Part shown: piece after piece, positions 1-9,937 of the stretch | How the letters are laid out: every line of letters begins with the position of its first letter | Numbering within the stretch: position 1 is the stretch's first letter | Made by a program: the position numbers and the translations under genes | From: Verrucomicrobiota bacterium | Lineage (GTDB): Bacteria > Verrucomicrobiota > Verrucomicrobiia > Limisphaerales > CANJXF01 | DNA length: 32,027 nucleotides | NCBI GenBank assembly: GCA_038214755.1 | Contig: JBBQRQ010000057.1 | Location: forward strand, 1-32,027 | Direction of reading: 5' to 3' | The notes under the pieces: generated by a model | Seen by the model: only the letters and a program-made list of their open reading frames with translations | Told to the model about the DNA's origin: nothing | The model's database searches: none

Positions 1-3000
1 AGTTCCATCGCGGTGACAGGCTCGCCAAAGGTTCCCGCCCAGGAATCGAAATGGTGGACATGGAGAGCCTTTAACGCCGACATTTGCAGGTAGCGCTGCA
101 TGGTAAACATTTCGGCAACACAATTCGCAATAGGAGTGCCGGTCGCAAAAACAACCCCTCCGCCACTATTTTTGCTTTGGATATGCCGCACCTTTAGAAA
201 CATATCCAAAGCGCGCTGTGAAGCCGATTGCGGGAGACCCGCAATCCGCGTCATCTTGGAAACGTAAAACAGGTTTTTGAAATAATGGGCTTCATCGACG
301 AACAAGCGATCAACGCCCAACTCCTCGAAGGTGAGGGCATCGTCTTTTTTTTGTATGGCGGTAAGTTCTTTGAGCCGGAATTCCAGATGCTTTTTTGAAC
401 GCTCCAAAATTTTTACCATCCGTGAGTTCTCATTCTCACGCTGATTTTCTATGGCCAGCGTCAGTTCGCGTAGTTGTTCATTAAAAAATTCCTCCTGGGT
501 TTTTGGGGAGACGGAGATTTTCTCAAAACTGGAATGGGTGACAATGACCGCGTCCCAATTGCCCGTGGCAATCCGATTCATCAGCGTCTGGCGTTTGGTT
601 TTCTCAAAATCATCTTGCGTGGCCACCAAAATATTTGCGCCGGGGTAAAGGGTGAGAAGCTCTGCCGAAAACTGACCCAGCATGTGATTGGGGACGTCGA
701 AAAGAGGTTTTCGCCCCAGGCCCAACCGCCTTAACTCCATCGCCGCCGCCACCATCGTGTAAGTTTTTCCAGCGCCGACAACATGCGCGAGAAGGCAGTT
801 CGGAGTTTGCAGAATGCGCCATACCGCCGCCTTTTGGTGAAATCCAAGCCGAATGACCGAACTCGCTCCGGGCAGTGTCAGGTGCTCGCCATTGAAAGAG
901 CGCAGTCGGATGTTATTAAACTCATCGTTGTATTTGCGGATTAGCCGCTCTCTTCTTTCATCCTCCTGCCAAATCCAGTTTTTGAACTTCTCCCTGATTT
1001 TAGATTGCTTCTCGCGCGCCACTTCCGTGGCGGACGCGTTGATCACGTTCCTATCTTTCTCCGAATCGAAATCATAAATGGTGGGGGTGCGCAGATTCAG
1101 GGTATCTTCCAAAATCTCGATGGCGCTCTTCCGATCAAAGCCCCATTCCGTGGTGTTGGCCACGGAATATTTTACGGCTCCAGTGCCTTGCACTTTCCAA
1201 AGTCCCAGTTCAGGCGCATGACTGACTTTTATTCCTGATTCTCCCAACAAATCCTCGGCGAACTTCCGTATATCCTCCGTTGGAATCCAGGTGCTCCCGA
1301 GCCTTGCGTCAATCTCCGTGGCGGATAAATCAGCGGGTTGAACGGCTTTGAGCGCTTCTGTATTCAACGCAAACTTTTCGTCCAATAGTGTCGCCGCATC
1401 AGCGACCGCAAGTTTGGAGCGCACATTTCCTGAAAGATATTCATCTTCCGTTTCCCATTTATTGGTTTGTGGATTCAGGAAAATGGCTCCGCGTAAATCG
1501 GGCAAAACGTTTTCGCTCGCACGGCCCAAGAGTTTGCCCATGTATTCCACATCAACTGCGCCCCGCGCGTTTAACGTGACGAGTAAAGCATCTTGAGCCG
1601 TTGTGATATTAAGCGGGATACAGTTTCTTTGGATTGTCCTCTCTCGAAAAATCGCTGCTTTTGTTGCTCTCTTTGTTTCGGGATTAAACCATTCCAGCGA
1701 GAGAAGGAGAGGCAAGTCAGGGTCGCCACGAAACGCCGAAGCGTTGGCGGGGAGTGAAATCGCACCGAACTTCGCGATAAAGGAGTCGTATCTTTGATTG
1801 AGCACGGCTCGCGTGACGATTGCGTCACTTTCTTCCCTGCTCTCTAGTTGCGACTTCAAACAGTTCCGAACCGCATCCCGCACCCACACCAAACCTCGAA
1901 TACGCTGCAACGTTACGGCGGCGAGATCAGTCAGGACTTTCATTTCATCTCCCTCGCGAATGCAGAGAGTTCCATTGACCAGTGCAAACGCATTGGGTTT
2001 TACATATTCGGGGGCAGGAATTCTGATTTCAGAGAGGCCGCATTCCAATCGCGGACTCGTTTCTCGAAAAATATTTTGTGGCAGTCGGTTAATAGCTTCA
2101 GCTAACCTCGCCTCTAACTCTCCTTTGATACCAACGAGGGTGGGTTCTCCTCGCTGATACATCCGTCCTTCCAATCGCATCTCACCTAACATCATCTCAG
2201 GATGACGAGCGTAATACTCATTTACAGTGATGGTCTCGCTTAGCGAGTTCGTTATTTGATCGGTCGCAATCCAACTTTCTCCTTGAGGCAATTCACCGAC
2301 CAATCGTTTTCGCAGAATGACTATATCCGTTGTCACTTCGGTATTAGCATTGCGTTTGAACGCATCATTGGGCAATCGAATCGCCCCTAAAAGATCCGCC
2401 TTGTTCGAGATGTATTCCCTCAGCTTGCGATCAATTTTATCGAGTGTTCCTTTCGAGGAGATAAAGACCAGGAGTCCACCCGGTTTAACGGTTTCCAATG
2501 CGCGTGCAAAAAAATAATCGTGAATGACAAAGTTCCAGGACTTGAAACGCAGGTCGTAAGGTTTGTAATCACCAAAGGGAATATTTGAAATGGCGACATC
2601 ATAAAAGTCATCCACCAGTTTAGCTTCTTCAAAGGGCTGATGACGGATGTCGCTGTCAGGATAAAGAAGCTTCGCCATCCGGGCTGTGACGGAATCAATT
2701 TCAATGCCGGTGATTTGGGAACGCCGGTGCATTTCATCGGGCATGGCTCCGATGAAATGGCCAACGCCCAAGGCCGGCTCTAAGATGCGGCCGCCATAAA
2801 ATCCCAATCGCTCCAGGATTTGATACATCGACCGAATCACGAGAGGGGAGGTGTAGTGCGCGTTTAAGCTCGAAGCGCGAGCGGATTCAAGCTCCGATTC
2901 AGACAAAATCCTTTGTAACTGTAATCGCTCATTTGTCCAAACTTGGTTTGCCTCATCGAATACTTGTGGGATGCCACCCCACCCCACATAACGCACCAAT

Positions 3001-3389
3001 GTTTGTTTCTCTTCGGGCAGAGCGGGACGATTCTCCGTCTCAATTTTTTTTATCAGTTGCAATGCCGCCAGATTGAAACCGTATTTTGCTTTGATTGACC
3101 CCATCCCAATTTTATCGCTTTCGGAAATGCGATAATTATTGAGATTATAAGACTCGGCGTTAACGCTGGTTTCAGAATCTACCACGGGAAGGGGAGGGAG
3201 CTTGATTTCCTCGAACCCTCCTTCTGGTGGTTGTGCGCCGTCTGGCGCGTCTGTCTTGGCTATAATTTTGTTTGGCTTATTCGGTTCCTGCGGAACCTCA
3301 GGCTCAACTCGGTTTTGAACAAACGTCAGTTGAAAAAAATCAAGTTGTGAGTCCTGGTTCTTCTCGTTCCGCGTTAATCCTCTCGCCAT
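1..3389 (-). CDS. N6-adenine methyltransferase / SNF2-family helicase fusion (DarB-like), 3' end outside window
   Basis: Hand translation from ATG at 3389 (MARGLTRNEKNQDSQLDFF...) gives YVGWGG, NAHYTS, ILEPALGVGHF (SAM binding), AISNIPFG (catalytic motif), HVVGAGKT (Walker A), LFVDEAHYFKN (Walker B, same frame as the ATG) and FATGTP. It is missing from the ORF track, consistent with no stop inside the window. Confidence 0.92.
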   Translation of the reverse strand, partial: MARGLTRNEKNQDSQLDFFQLTFVQNRVEPEVPQEPNKPNKIIAKTDAPDGAQPPEGGFEEIKLPPLPVVDSETSVNAESYNLNNYRISESDKIGMGSIKAKYGFNLAALQLIKKIETENRPALPEEKQTLVRYVGWGGIPQVFDEANQVWTNERLQLQRILSESELESARASSLNAHYTSPLVIRSMYQILERLGFYGGRILEPALGVGHFIGAMPDEMHRRSQITGIEIDSVTARMAKLLYPDSDIRHQPFEEAKLVDDFYDVAISNIPFGDYKPYDLRFKSWNFVIHDYFFARALETVKPGGLLVFISSKGTLDKIDRKLREYISNKADLLGAIRLPNDAFKRNANTEVTTDIVILRKRLVGELPQGESWIATDQITNSLSETITVNEYYARHPEMMLGEMRLEGRMYQRGEPTLVGIKGELEARLAEAINRLPQNIFRETSPRLECGLSEIRIPAPEYVKPNAFALVNGTLCIREGDEMKVLTDLAAVTLQRIRGLVWVRDAVRNCLKSQLESREESDAIVTRAVLNQRYDSFIAKFGAISLPANASAFRGDPDLPLLLSLEWFNPETKRATKAAIFRERTIQRNCIPLNITTAQDALLVTLNARGAVDVEYMGKLLGRASENVLPDLRGAIFLNPQTNKWETEDEYLSGNVRSKLAVADAATLLDEKFALNTEALKAVQPADLSATEIDARLGSTWIPTEDIRKFAEDLLGESGIKVSHAPELGLWKVQGTGAVKYSVANTTEWGFDRKSAIEILEDTLNLRTPTIYDFDSEKDRNVINASATEVAREKQSKIREKFKNWIWQEDERRERLIRKYNDEFNNIRLRSFNGEHLTLPGASSVIRLGFHQKAAVWRILQTPNCLLAHVVGAGKTYTMVAAAMELRRLGLGRKPLFDVPNHMLGQFSAELLTLYPGANILVATQDDFEKTKRQTLMNRIATGNWDAVIVTHSSFEKISVSPKTQEEFFNEQLRELTLAIENQRENENSRMVKILERSKKHLEFRLKELTAIQKKDDALTFEELGVDRLFVDEAHYFKNLFYVSKMTRIAGLPQSASQRALDMFLKVRHIQSKNSGGGVVFATGTPIANCVAEMFTMQRYLQMSALKALHVHHFDSWAGTFGEPVTAME

Positions 3390-3591
3390 TGCTCGGCCCT
3401 TAATTTTTCCTTCACCATCGAAGCAAGCTACCCGCGTCTTATTTCACTCACGCGCGAGTGGGTCAAGAGAACCACGAAAAGTTTTTCACCTTTTCGATAA
3501 AAAATCCATCAAGCCTATTGGATCTAAAAGAAAGCCATGCTAGAGACACGACAAAGGTTTCTTCTGTGGTTTCGGGCTTGCTTTTATGGAT

Positions 3592-3846
3592 ATGGCAAAA
3601 ACAAACACACCAGCCCATGAGGTCCGCCTCGGCTCCATCAAAGCCGTAGTGTGGAAAAACAACACGGACGCCGGAGTTCGTTACAACGTTACCCTGTCGC
3701 GAATTTATCGTGACCAGGAAGAATGGAAGTCCACCGATTCATTCGGTCGCGATGACCTTCTTGTCGTAGCAAAAGTAGCAGACCTGGCTCATACGTGGAT
3801 TCACCAACAAAGTGAATCTGAAGGTGAAAAGCGCGAGAAAAAATAA
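3592..3846 (+). CDS. Small conserved protein, putative PC4-like ssDNA-binding fold
   Basis: 84 aa with beta-strand pattern (EVRLGSIKAVVWKN, YNVTLSRIYRD, EWKSTDSF) then a helix (DDLLVVAKVADLAHTWI). Alternative ATG at 3586. The fold is inference. Confidence 0.7.
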   Translation: MAKTNTPAHEVRLGSIKAVVWKNNTDAGVRYNVTLSRIYRDQEEWKSTDSFGRDDLLVVAKVADLAHTWIHQQSESEGEKREKK

Positions 3847-4035
3847 CTCACGCTTAACAAGGCTTTGGGATTGTGCCTCTAAACAACTCCCACCCCACAT
3901 CTTCTCTGTAGCTCGAAGACACCACGGCATTTCATAATTCACACCGACTTGAAACGAGCGGATGACATGGAGAGCGTCCGGCAAAATGCTCGTTACCTCA
4001 TGATGGGAATTCAAGATCTCTAATCCATGCAAATT

Positions 4036-4271
4036 GCCTAAAGGCTGTCTCTTTAGGCTCCGCGCGACGGCGCAAAGAAGAACACGCAACGCGCGCCAAG
4101 GGGAACTTGTCACGCCTTGCTATCGTGTTCTTCTTTGCTTTTCTCCGTCTCGACTCCGCCTGCGGATTAATCCAATGCCAGCAAATAGGGCTGACCGCTG
4201 CTTTGGCTTCGCATTCCCCGGAAGGAGGGGTTTTCAAAACCTAATGAAAAACCCCTCCTTCCAGGGAATGC
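4036..4271. promoter_or_regulatory. Cluster of three hairpins, candidate single-stranded-DNA (Frpo/ssi-like) promoter
   Basis: GCCTAAAG/CTTTAGGC (4036-4058); perfect 15-bp GCAAAGAAGAACACG/CGTGTTCTTCTTTGC (4072-4086/4124-4138); about 26-bp near-perfect inverted repeat 4211-4236/4245-4271. Confidence 0.55.
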
Positions 4272-4310
4272 TTGTTCTGGGAAGGAGGCTTAAACATTGG
4301 AGATAATAAA

Positions 4311-4898
4311 ATGGAAAATGAGAAATGTGTCCTTCTTGCCCCGACTACAAACGACCTCACTTGTGATTTGGGAACCTTCGAAGGGTTCAACTTTCGCAAC
4401 CAATCCGCCATCGAGAAAATTTTGCGCGCGCACGAAGTGGTAAATTGGGACCACGACGGTGAAGGGGAGGCGGAATTCTGGCCCTCTGGAGATAACGCGG
4501 GGGTGTCTTTGATTTTCGCCCATCAAACCGCAGTGAGCGCGTCGCAAATTCTGCTTCTCGATAGATTATTGGAGGCGTTGGGCGGCGACGACTCAGTTAA
4601 CTTTCTTAAAATTCACTACGCCCAAAATAGTTGCGGAAGCGACCTCGAAAAAATTTCAGCCGGGGAAATCGAAGATTTCAATCTTCATATTTTTTTCGGA
4701 CGGAGCTTTATGGATGTGCGCTCACAAGCTGCCTATGAACTTTTTGAGCTTTATTATCCCGAAGCTTACGCCATTTGGGAAAAAACCCATTGTGACGGCC
4801 TTATCTTCGATACCGACCGATTTCTTGATTCGCCGTCGTTTCATGTGGAGGAAATACGACTCGATGATGAAGTCGTTTTGCTTGTCGCACCCCAATAA
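4311..4898 (+). CDS. Acidic hypothetical protein, possible distant ArdA-like anti-restriction protein
   Basis: GGAG before ATG 4311. D/E-rich 195 aa. The C-terminal AAYELFELYYPE...LIFDTDRFL loosely recalls the ArdA C-terminus. The CDS is solid; the function is weak. Confidence 0.6.
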   Translation: MENEKCVLLAPTTNDLTCDLGTFEGFNFRNQSAIEKILRAHEVVNWDHDGEGEAEFWPSGDNAGVSLIFAHQTAVSASQILLLDRLLEALGGDDSVNFLKIHYAQNSCGSDLEKISAGEIEDFNLHIFFGRSFMDVRSQAAYELFELYYPEAYAIWEKTHCDGLIFDTDRFLDSPSFHVEEIRLDDEVVLLVAPQ

Positions 4899-4907
4899 AC
4901 TTATGAT

Positions 4908-4931
4908 AGGGGTGGGCGCTTTCGCCGCCCC
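4908..4931 (+). terminator. GC-rich hairpin after the acidic gene
   Basis: GGGGTGGGCG-CTTT-CGCCGCCCC imperfect stem about 10 nt after the stop codon; no strong U-tract. Confidence 0.35.
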
Positions 4932-5061
4932 GACTTCGCTAACAAACTTTGTTGACTAAGATTAAGAAGGAGCGCCGCGAGTCGCCTCTTTCCGTTCTCA
5001 CCAAAAAGCTCTAAACTTTTAGAGAATAGTTTTTCCCACACTGTTTTTTTGCGGGAGGTAT

Positions 5062-6342
5062 ACGTCGAATCTTCTCGTTATCCAAAAGCTTGGCCGGAAT
5101 AAGAAAGCAGCGCGACTCTGGATCGAATCACGGCGGCTCGAATCATTGGGTTTTTGTCACGGCACCCCGCTTGGAATAAAACCGAAAGAGGAAGGATTTA
5201 CAATCTGCCCCGCCATTCTTGGAGAAAACCATGTATCCAGCCGAAATATTAAAGGCGGGCGTCGTCCGATTATTGACATCGCAAATCAGTCATTACTTTC
5301 CGGGCTTACCAACTACTCTGAAATAAAAATTATAGCGTCGTTCGAGAGAATTGAGGTCACACCTTCCAACCGAGCCTTTGCCATCCGAAAAAGTGCTTCT
5401 CTCCACCCACCGTTTCGCGTGCTGGAGGTTTTTGCCGGAGGCGGCACTTTAACTGCGGCCTTAACGGAAAACCCTCTTTACAAGATCGTCGCTGGAGTTG
5501 AAATCGAACCCGATTTTGCTGATGAATGGCAACAGAATCATCGACACGCCTTGTTGGTTCAATCCGACATTCGCTTGGTTCAGCATTCAGAGATGCCCGA
5601 ATTTGATGTGCTCATCGGGGGTATTCCTTGCACCAGCCATTCCAATCTCGGCCGGGCGAAAAATCATCTGGCGGGAAAACCAGAACTCGGTGAAGCGGGA
5701 GATTTGTTCTTGCCCGTTTTAACTTTGGTCAGTCTTCGCCTGCCGGCGCTCCTCGTTTTTGAGAATGTCCCGGCTTTCGGTTCCAGCCTGGCGGGTGAGC
5801 TGCTCGTGACCCATCTACAGCGAATCGGCTATCATGTTTTCACCACGATTCTGCAACCCAATTTGCAATGGGGCGAAATTGAAGATCGAAAACGCTGGCT
5901 GCTTGTGGCGACCCTCAATAAGCGATTTGTGCTCACCGCCCCGATGATTTCCTGCCAACAAAATGTTTCATCGTTTTTGGATGCACCCGACAGCAATCGT
6001 GACAAAGCCGATGCCATGCGGATTGCCAACACCATCGAGGCTCTTAAGACCCACAACGCACGCCATCACTCCTTAGGGCATGGATTTGAGTTCAGCGTTA
6101 TGGAGGGGCACGAAACACGCCTGCCGACCCTTCCCAAATCGTATCACAAAATCAATACCGGGCCGTTTGTCAAAACGCCTTTCGGACTTCGTTTGCTGCG
6201 CCAGGAGGAATTGGAGAGAATTCGGTGGCATCGCGTTTCAACACGTCATTTCGCCACCGCTGCCCAAATTCTCGGTCAAGGAGTTCAAACCAGAATTTTC
6301 CGAGAAATCTTCAATCAACTTGGCGCTCATCTCGTCAGCTAA
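5062..6342 (+). CDS. dcm: C5 DNA cytosine methyltransferase with N-terminal extension (orphan, mobile-element type)
   Basis: Motifs LEVFAGGG (I), GGIPCTSHS (IV), FENVP (VI), EDRKRW (VIII), QILGQGV (X). The frame is open from 5023. Start uncertain: TTG 5146 in the ORF track, or non-canonical ACG 5062. Confidence 0.9.
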   Translation, partial: TSNLLVIQKLGRNKKAARLWIESRRLESLGFCHGTPLGIKPKEEGFTICPAILGENHVSSRNIKGGRRPIIDIANQSLLSGLTNYSEIKIIASFERIEVTPSNRAFAIRKSASLHPPFRVLEVFAGGGTLTAALTENPLYKIVAGVEIEPDFADEWQQNHRHALLVQSDIRLVQHSEMPEFDVLIGGIPCTSHSNLGRAKNHLAGKPELGEAGDLFLPVLTLVSLRLPALLVFENVPAFGSSLAGELLVTHLQRIGYHVFTTILQPNLQWGEIEDRKRWLLVATLNKRFVLTAPMISCQQNVSSFLDAPDSNRDKADAMRIANTIEALKTHNARHHSLGHGFEFSVMEGHETRLPTLPKSYHKINTGPFVKTPFGLRLLRQEELERIRWHRVSTRHFATAAQILGQGVQTRIFREIFNQLGAHLVS

Positions 6343-6615
6343 CTTTTCAGAATTACGAGCCGCAATTTTCTGCCGTCGTTGCAATCTGAGTCAAATTGTT
6401 AGACGCCAAAAAACCCAAGAATTCAATTTTTTAAGAGTTGCACACCGGATGCACCTTCGGTGCGACAAAATCCAATACAATGGAACGCAAGGTTCAAATT
6501 CCAACGGGCTTACGCCGTTATCAATTTGTTAACTATTCCATTTGAGATAAACGGAACTCCGTTGCTGACACGGCGTTATTGAGTTAGCAAAACATTTCAG
6601 CACCGATTAATTGCC

Positions 6616-9069
6616 CTATATTCCGACCACGGCTCTTTCGTTGCGGAGTGGGCTGGCCAAGGGCAAGCGTAGCACGACTTGTGTGCCTCCCGATTTGGTC
6701 TCGGTGCTAACGCAAGTGCCGTTTAGTGATTTCATTCGTGCAGACAAATTGCCAATTCCATTGCCTCCGCCAGGTCGCGCAGCCTTCTCTTTGTTTCCAC
6801 GCCCATTATCTTCTATTGCGATTTCAAGCCAGGGATCAGACCAGACAACGCGAAAAGTCACGCCCTTTGCTTGCGAGTGCTTGAGAATGTTGAGCAATAC
6901 TTCATTGACGGCGAGGACAAGGTTCTTCCTCGTGTTTCCGGGAAGCGAGCGGTTGGGAAAAGAAGCTGGAAGCTCCAATGCGCACTCGATGTCGCCAGGC
7001 TGCAACACAGAAGGGGCGTAAGAAGCAAGAAATGTGACGACGTTCTCAAGGGTATCATTCTCCGGTTTGACCGACCACACCGCGCGATCAACTGAACCGC
7101 TCAAGCTCTGGGCCATAGCGAGCACTTCGTCGCGTAGCGCCTTGGCTTCATCACTGTCCGGTGGTGTGCTGTTCAGACGTTCAGTCAGCAGTTGCAATCT
7201 TTGCACGCCTGCGCCCAAGTCATCATGTAGATCACGAGCCATTCGTTCCCGTTCGCGGCGCGCTGATTCCCGCTCACTCCGGTAATAACGCCGTCGTAAC
7301 CATAAAAAAATACCCGCGATCACCGTTATGGCAGTTACGGTTGCTCCAAGAAAAACTTTTCCTAAGACTGGATTTGCTGAAACAGGCGAGGGATGGGACA
7401 ACCCGGCCAATGGCTCGGGTGTCTTCTTGGAAAATTGGCCGAGCTGATTCGAACTCGAGCTTTCTATCCGCGCATTGGAAGCTTCAACACCATTGCCCTT
7501 CCTGATGTCAATTCGCCCGAGGAGTGAGCGATCACCTGGACGCAATACGTTTCCGTCAGCAGGGAATTGCTCTCCGTAACCATAGCCTTTGCGAAGTCCG
7601 CGGAAAACATCGATCCTCCCTTCTTCTAATGGCGAAGATATAAAAAAATCGTCTAATCCATCTCCATCCAAATCACCTGCGCAACCCGCAAGAGTTCCGA
7701 AACCAGTGTGGCCAGCTTCCGAAGTCACCTGCCAGTCTGGTTCTTGGGAAAAGCCCTCGCGCCGTCCAAGCCATAAAGTAGCGCGAGCGGAAAACCTTGC
7801 GTCAGTAGGCGCACAAGGCGCGCCAACAATCAAATCAGGAATTCCGTCGCCATTTACATCGCCTGCTCCTGCGACACGCTTTCCAAATAAACAATCGTCC
7901 CGCCACCCCCGAGCTTGCCAAGCGGGTTGCTTCGACACGCCCGTGCGTGAACCCAAAAACAAATAAGCTTCGCCTCGCCCAGTAGGAGTCCCCGCAATGC
8001 CCGGAGCGCCCACCACAATGTCAGTGCAATTATCTCCGTTCAGATCGCCAAATGCTGCGATGGATTCTCCAAATTGAGACCTTGCCGTAAACCCTCGTAA
8101 CACTTGATTCGGGCTTGGAGAAAAACCGGCGGCAGAGCCGAAATAGATATTTATTCTTCCATTGCGATTGTTTTCCCCCGCAGATTGCGGCGCGCCCAGA
8201 AGTATGTCTGGCCAACCGTCCCCGTTGACATCGCCAACGGCTAAGCCAGCACCGAGGGATTCTGCTGACTCCCCTTGAACGGACCAGGCCAGCGTTGGAG
8301 CCAACCCGGTATCAGTTCCCAGGAACAATTCCACCTTCCCGCGCGCGTTTGTCTCCCCCGCAACCCTCGTTGCCACAATCAACGCATCCGCGCGTCCGTC
8401 ACGGTTGACATCCACCAGCAAGAGTTTTTTACCCGCAGAGGTCAATGGATCACCCAGTTTTTGCCAGGAATGAGAATGACTCACACCGTTCGACGTTCCA
8501 AAATATAAACGCACAAGCCCTTGACGACGGGAGTCCTCATTTGCGACAAACTCCGGCATGCCACTCAATAAATCCGAAATGCCGTCACCATTTACATCAC
8601 CTGCGGTAAGCTCCATCCCGAAGCGTTTCCATGCGAATTCTGCCAGCCAGAGATCTTCCAGATAGGGTTTCTTTTGCTCCTCGTGAAACGAGAAGAAACA
8701 AATGCCGCCCATCCCGCGCCCTGATCTTTTTCGACTTATTCCTATCGCCAGTTGGGGATAACCACGGCCATAAAAATCTCCGACGGCGACACCTGAACCA
8801 AATGCATTCCCACCGCTGCATTGGATCGCCCAATGAGCTTGCCCTGCAAAAATACGTCCCGAGATATTCGTTAATAGAAGACCCTTGGAAGAAAGGGAGC
8901 GCAGGGTGAAAATTTGCGACGGGGGATTTGTTGATGAGTTGTTCGACTGGCGCGGATTTGTCAGTAGCGAAAGATTCGTGGCCGCGAGAGCCGTCGTTTG
9001 CGCGCCATTCCCGACCCACGCTAAGCAAAGTAGCATTAAAATGCGTCGCAGTGGAAGCGGCCGTGCCAT
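6616..9069 (-). CDS. Sensor histidine kinase, HisKA_3/HATPase with extracytoplasmic FG-GAP (integrin alpha-like) propeller
   Basis: Signal peptide, about 7 repeats of FG...GDxNGDGxxDxxxGAP, one transmembrane helix (VFLGATVTAITVIAGIFLWL), H-box RERMARDLHDDLG, NILKHS, IEDNGRG, GGNGIGNL. Confidence 0.93.
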   Translation of the reverse strand: MARPLPLRRILMLLCLAWVGNGAQTTALAATNLSLLTNPRQSNNSSTNPPSQIFTLRSLSSKGLLLTNISGRIFAGQAHWAIQCSGGNAFGSGVAVGDFYGRGYPQLAIGISRKRSGRGMGGICFFSFHEEQKKPYLEDLWLAEFAWKRFGMELTAGDVNGDGISDLLSGMPEFVANEDSRRQGLVRLYFGTSNGVSHSHSWQKLGDPLTSAGKKLLLVDVNRDGRADALIVATRVAGETNARGKVELFLGTDTGLAPTLAWSVQGESAESLGAGLAVGDVNGDGWPDILLGAPQSAGENNRNGRINIYFGSAAGFSPSPNQVLRGFTARSQFGESIAAFGDLNGDNCTDIVVGAPGIAGTPTGRGEAYLFLGSRTGVSKQPAWQARGWRDDCLFGKRVAGAGDVNGDGIPDLIVGAPCAPTDARFSARATLWLGRREGFSQEPDWQVTSEAGHTGFGTLAGCAGDLDGDGLDDFFISSPLEEGRIDVFRGLRKGYGYGEQFPADGNVLRPGDRSLLGRIDIRKGNGVEASNARIESSSSNQLGQFSKKTPEPLAGLSHPSPVSANPVLGKVFLGATVTAITVIAGIFLWLRRRYYRSERESARRERERMARDLHDDLGAGVQRLQLLTERLNSTPPDSDEAKALRDEVLAMAQSLSGSVDRAVWSVKPENDTLENVVTFLASYAPSVLQPGDIECALELPASFPNRSLPGNTRKNLVLAVNEVLLNILKHSQAKGVTFRVVWSDPWLEIAIEDNGRGNKEKAARPGGGNGIGNLSARMKSLNGTCVSTETKSGGTQVVLRLPLASPLRNERAVVGI

Positions 9070-9229
9070 GCGCCAAGTAAAAACGAAAATTCGATGCGCG
9101 CCAAGCTTCCATTGAAAAGCTTCCGTAAAATTGCCTTACTGGATTTGGCTGTTCGACAACCTCGCGAAAAATAGCGAGGTATTCACTATTCCTTTGCGGG
9201 CCGGGGTATGCGACAATCAGCGCAGTTTT

Positions 9230-9937
9230 ATGAACGTCACGCTTGCTCCAGGTGCCAGCCTTCGCCGGGTCGCGGAAATTGTCCGCAACGCCGTGCTGTT
9301 TGGCCCCGACGCCTGGGCAGGCGGCTCGCTCCCGGAGAGAAATGTGAATCCGAGTCAACGCCAGAACATCCTTCCCACAGATCGCGACGTAGTGGAACTA
9401 TTCACGCTGCTGGGCGAACGAAATATTCCTTATCTGCTCGTGGGCGGCATCGCTATGCTGCGCTACGTCGAAGGTCGAAACACTGAAGATATTGACCTTC
9501 TTATGTCGCTCCCTTCTGTGAAGCTGCTCCCGGAAATCTCCATCGAGAAGCAGGACGAATACTTCATCCGGGGACGCTTTCGCAGCGTGCGGGTGGATGT
9601 GCTGCTGACGGCCAACGCCCTCTTTGCTGAGGCACAGCAATCCTTTGGCACCACGCATCGTTTCGCAGAACTGGACGTTCCGACGGCCACGCCGGAGGGA
9701 CTTGTCCTGCTCAAGCTCTACGCGCTCCCCTCCCTTTATCGGCAGGGGTTGTTTGACCGCGTATCGGTTTACGAATCCGACATCGCGAGCCTCATCCACC
9801 GGCATCGTCCGGCAGTTGAGCCGTTGCTCCAGCGATTACAAACTCATTTGGAAACAGGAGACATGCATGAACTCCGGGACATCGTTCGGGACATCGAGTC
9901 TCGCATCGCTCGTTTCGAGCAACTAAAGAACCCTTGA
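9230..9937 (+). CDS. Pol-beta-superfamily nucleotidyltransferase (AbiEii/type IV TA-like)
   Basis: YLLVGGIAM...RNTEDIDLL signature and later LVLLKLYA. ATG 9230 preferred over TTG 9131. Confidence 0.8.
   Translation: MNVTLAPGASLRRVAEIVRNAVLFGPDAWAGGSLPERNVNPSQRQNILPTDRDVVELFTLLGERNIPYLLVGGIAMLRYVEGRNTEDIDLLMSLPSVKLLPEISIEKQDEYFIRGRFRSVRVDVLLTANALFAEAQQSFGTTHRFAELDVPTATPEGLVLLKLYALPSLYRQGLFDRVSVYESDIASLIHRHRPAVEPLLQRLQTHLETGDMHELRDIVRDIESRIARFEQLKNP

Noticed and set aside
451..2764. Many short ORFs in the track
   Set aside because: They are antisense or off-frame shadows of the methylase-helicase gene.
5062..6342. Restriction-modification system
   Set aside because: No cognate endonuclease is adjacent; the methylase appears orphan.
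6343..6615. Possible oriT or att site at the backbone/cargo boundary
   Set aside because: AT-richer spacer, but no convincing nick-site motif, relaxase or matching direct repeat was seen.
8597..9358. 253-aa minus-strand ORF
   Set aside because: Overlaps both the kinase (other frame) and the NTase; no recognisable features.
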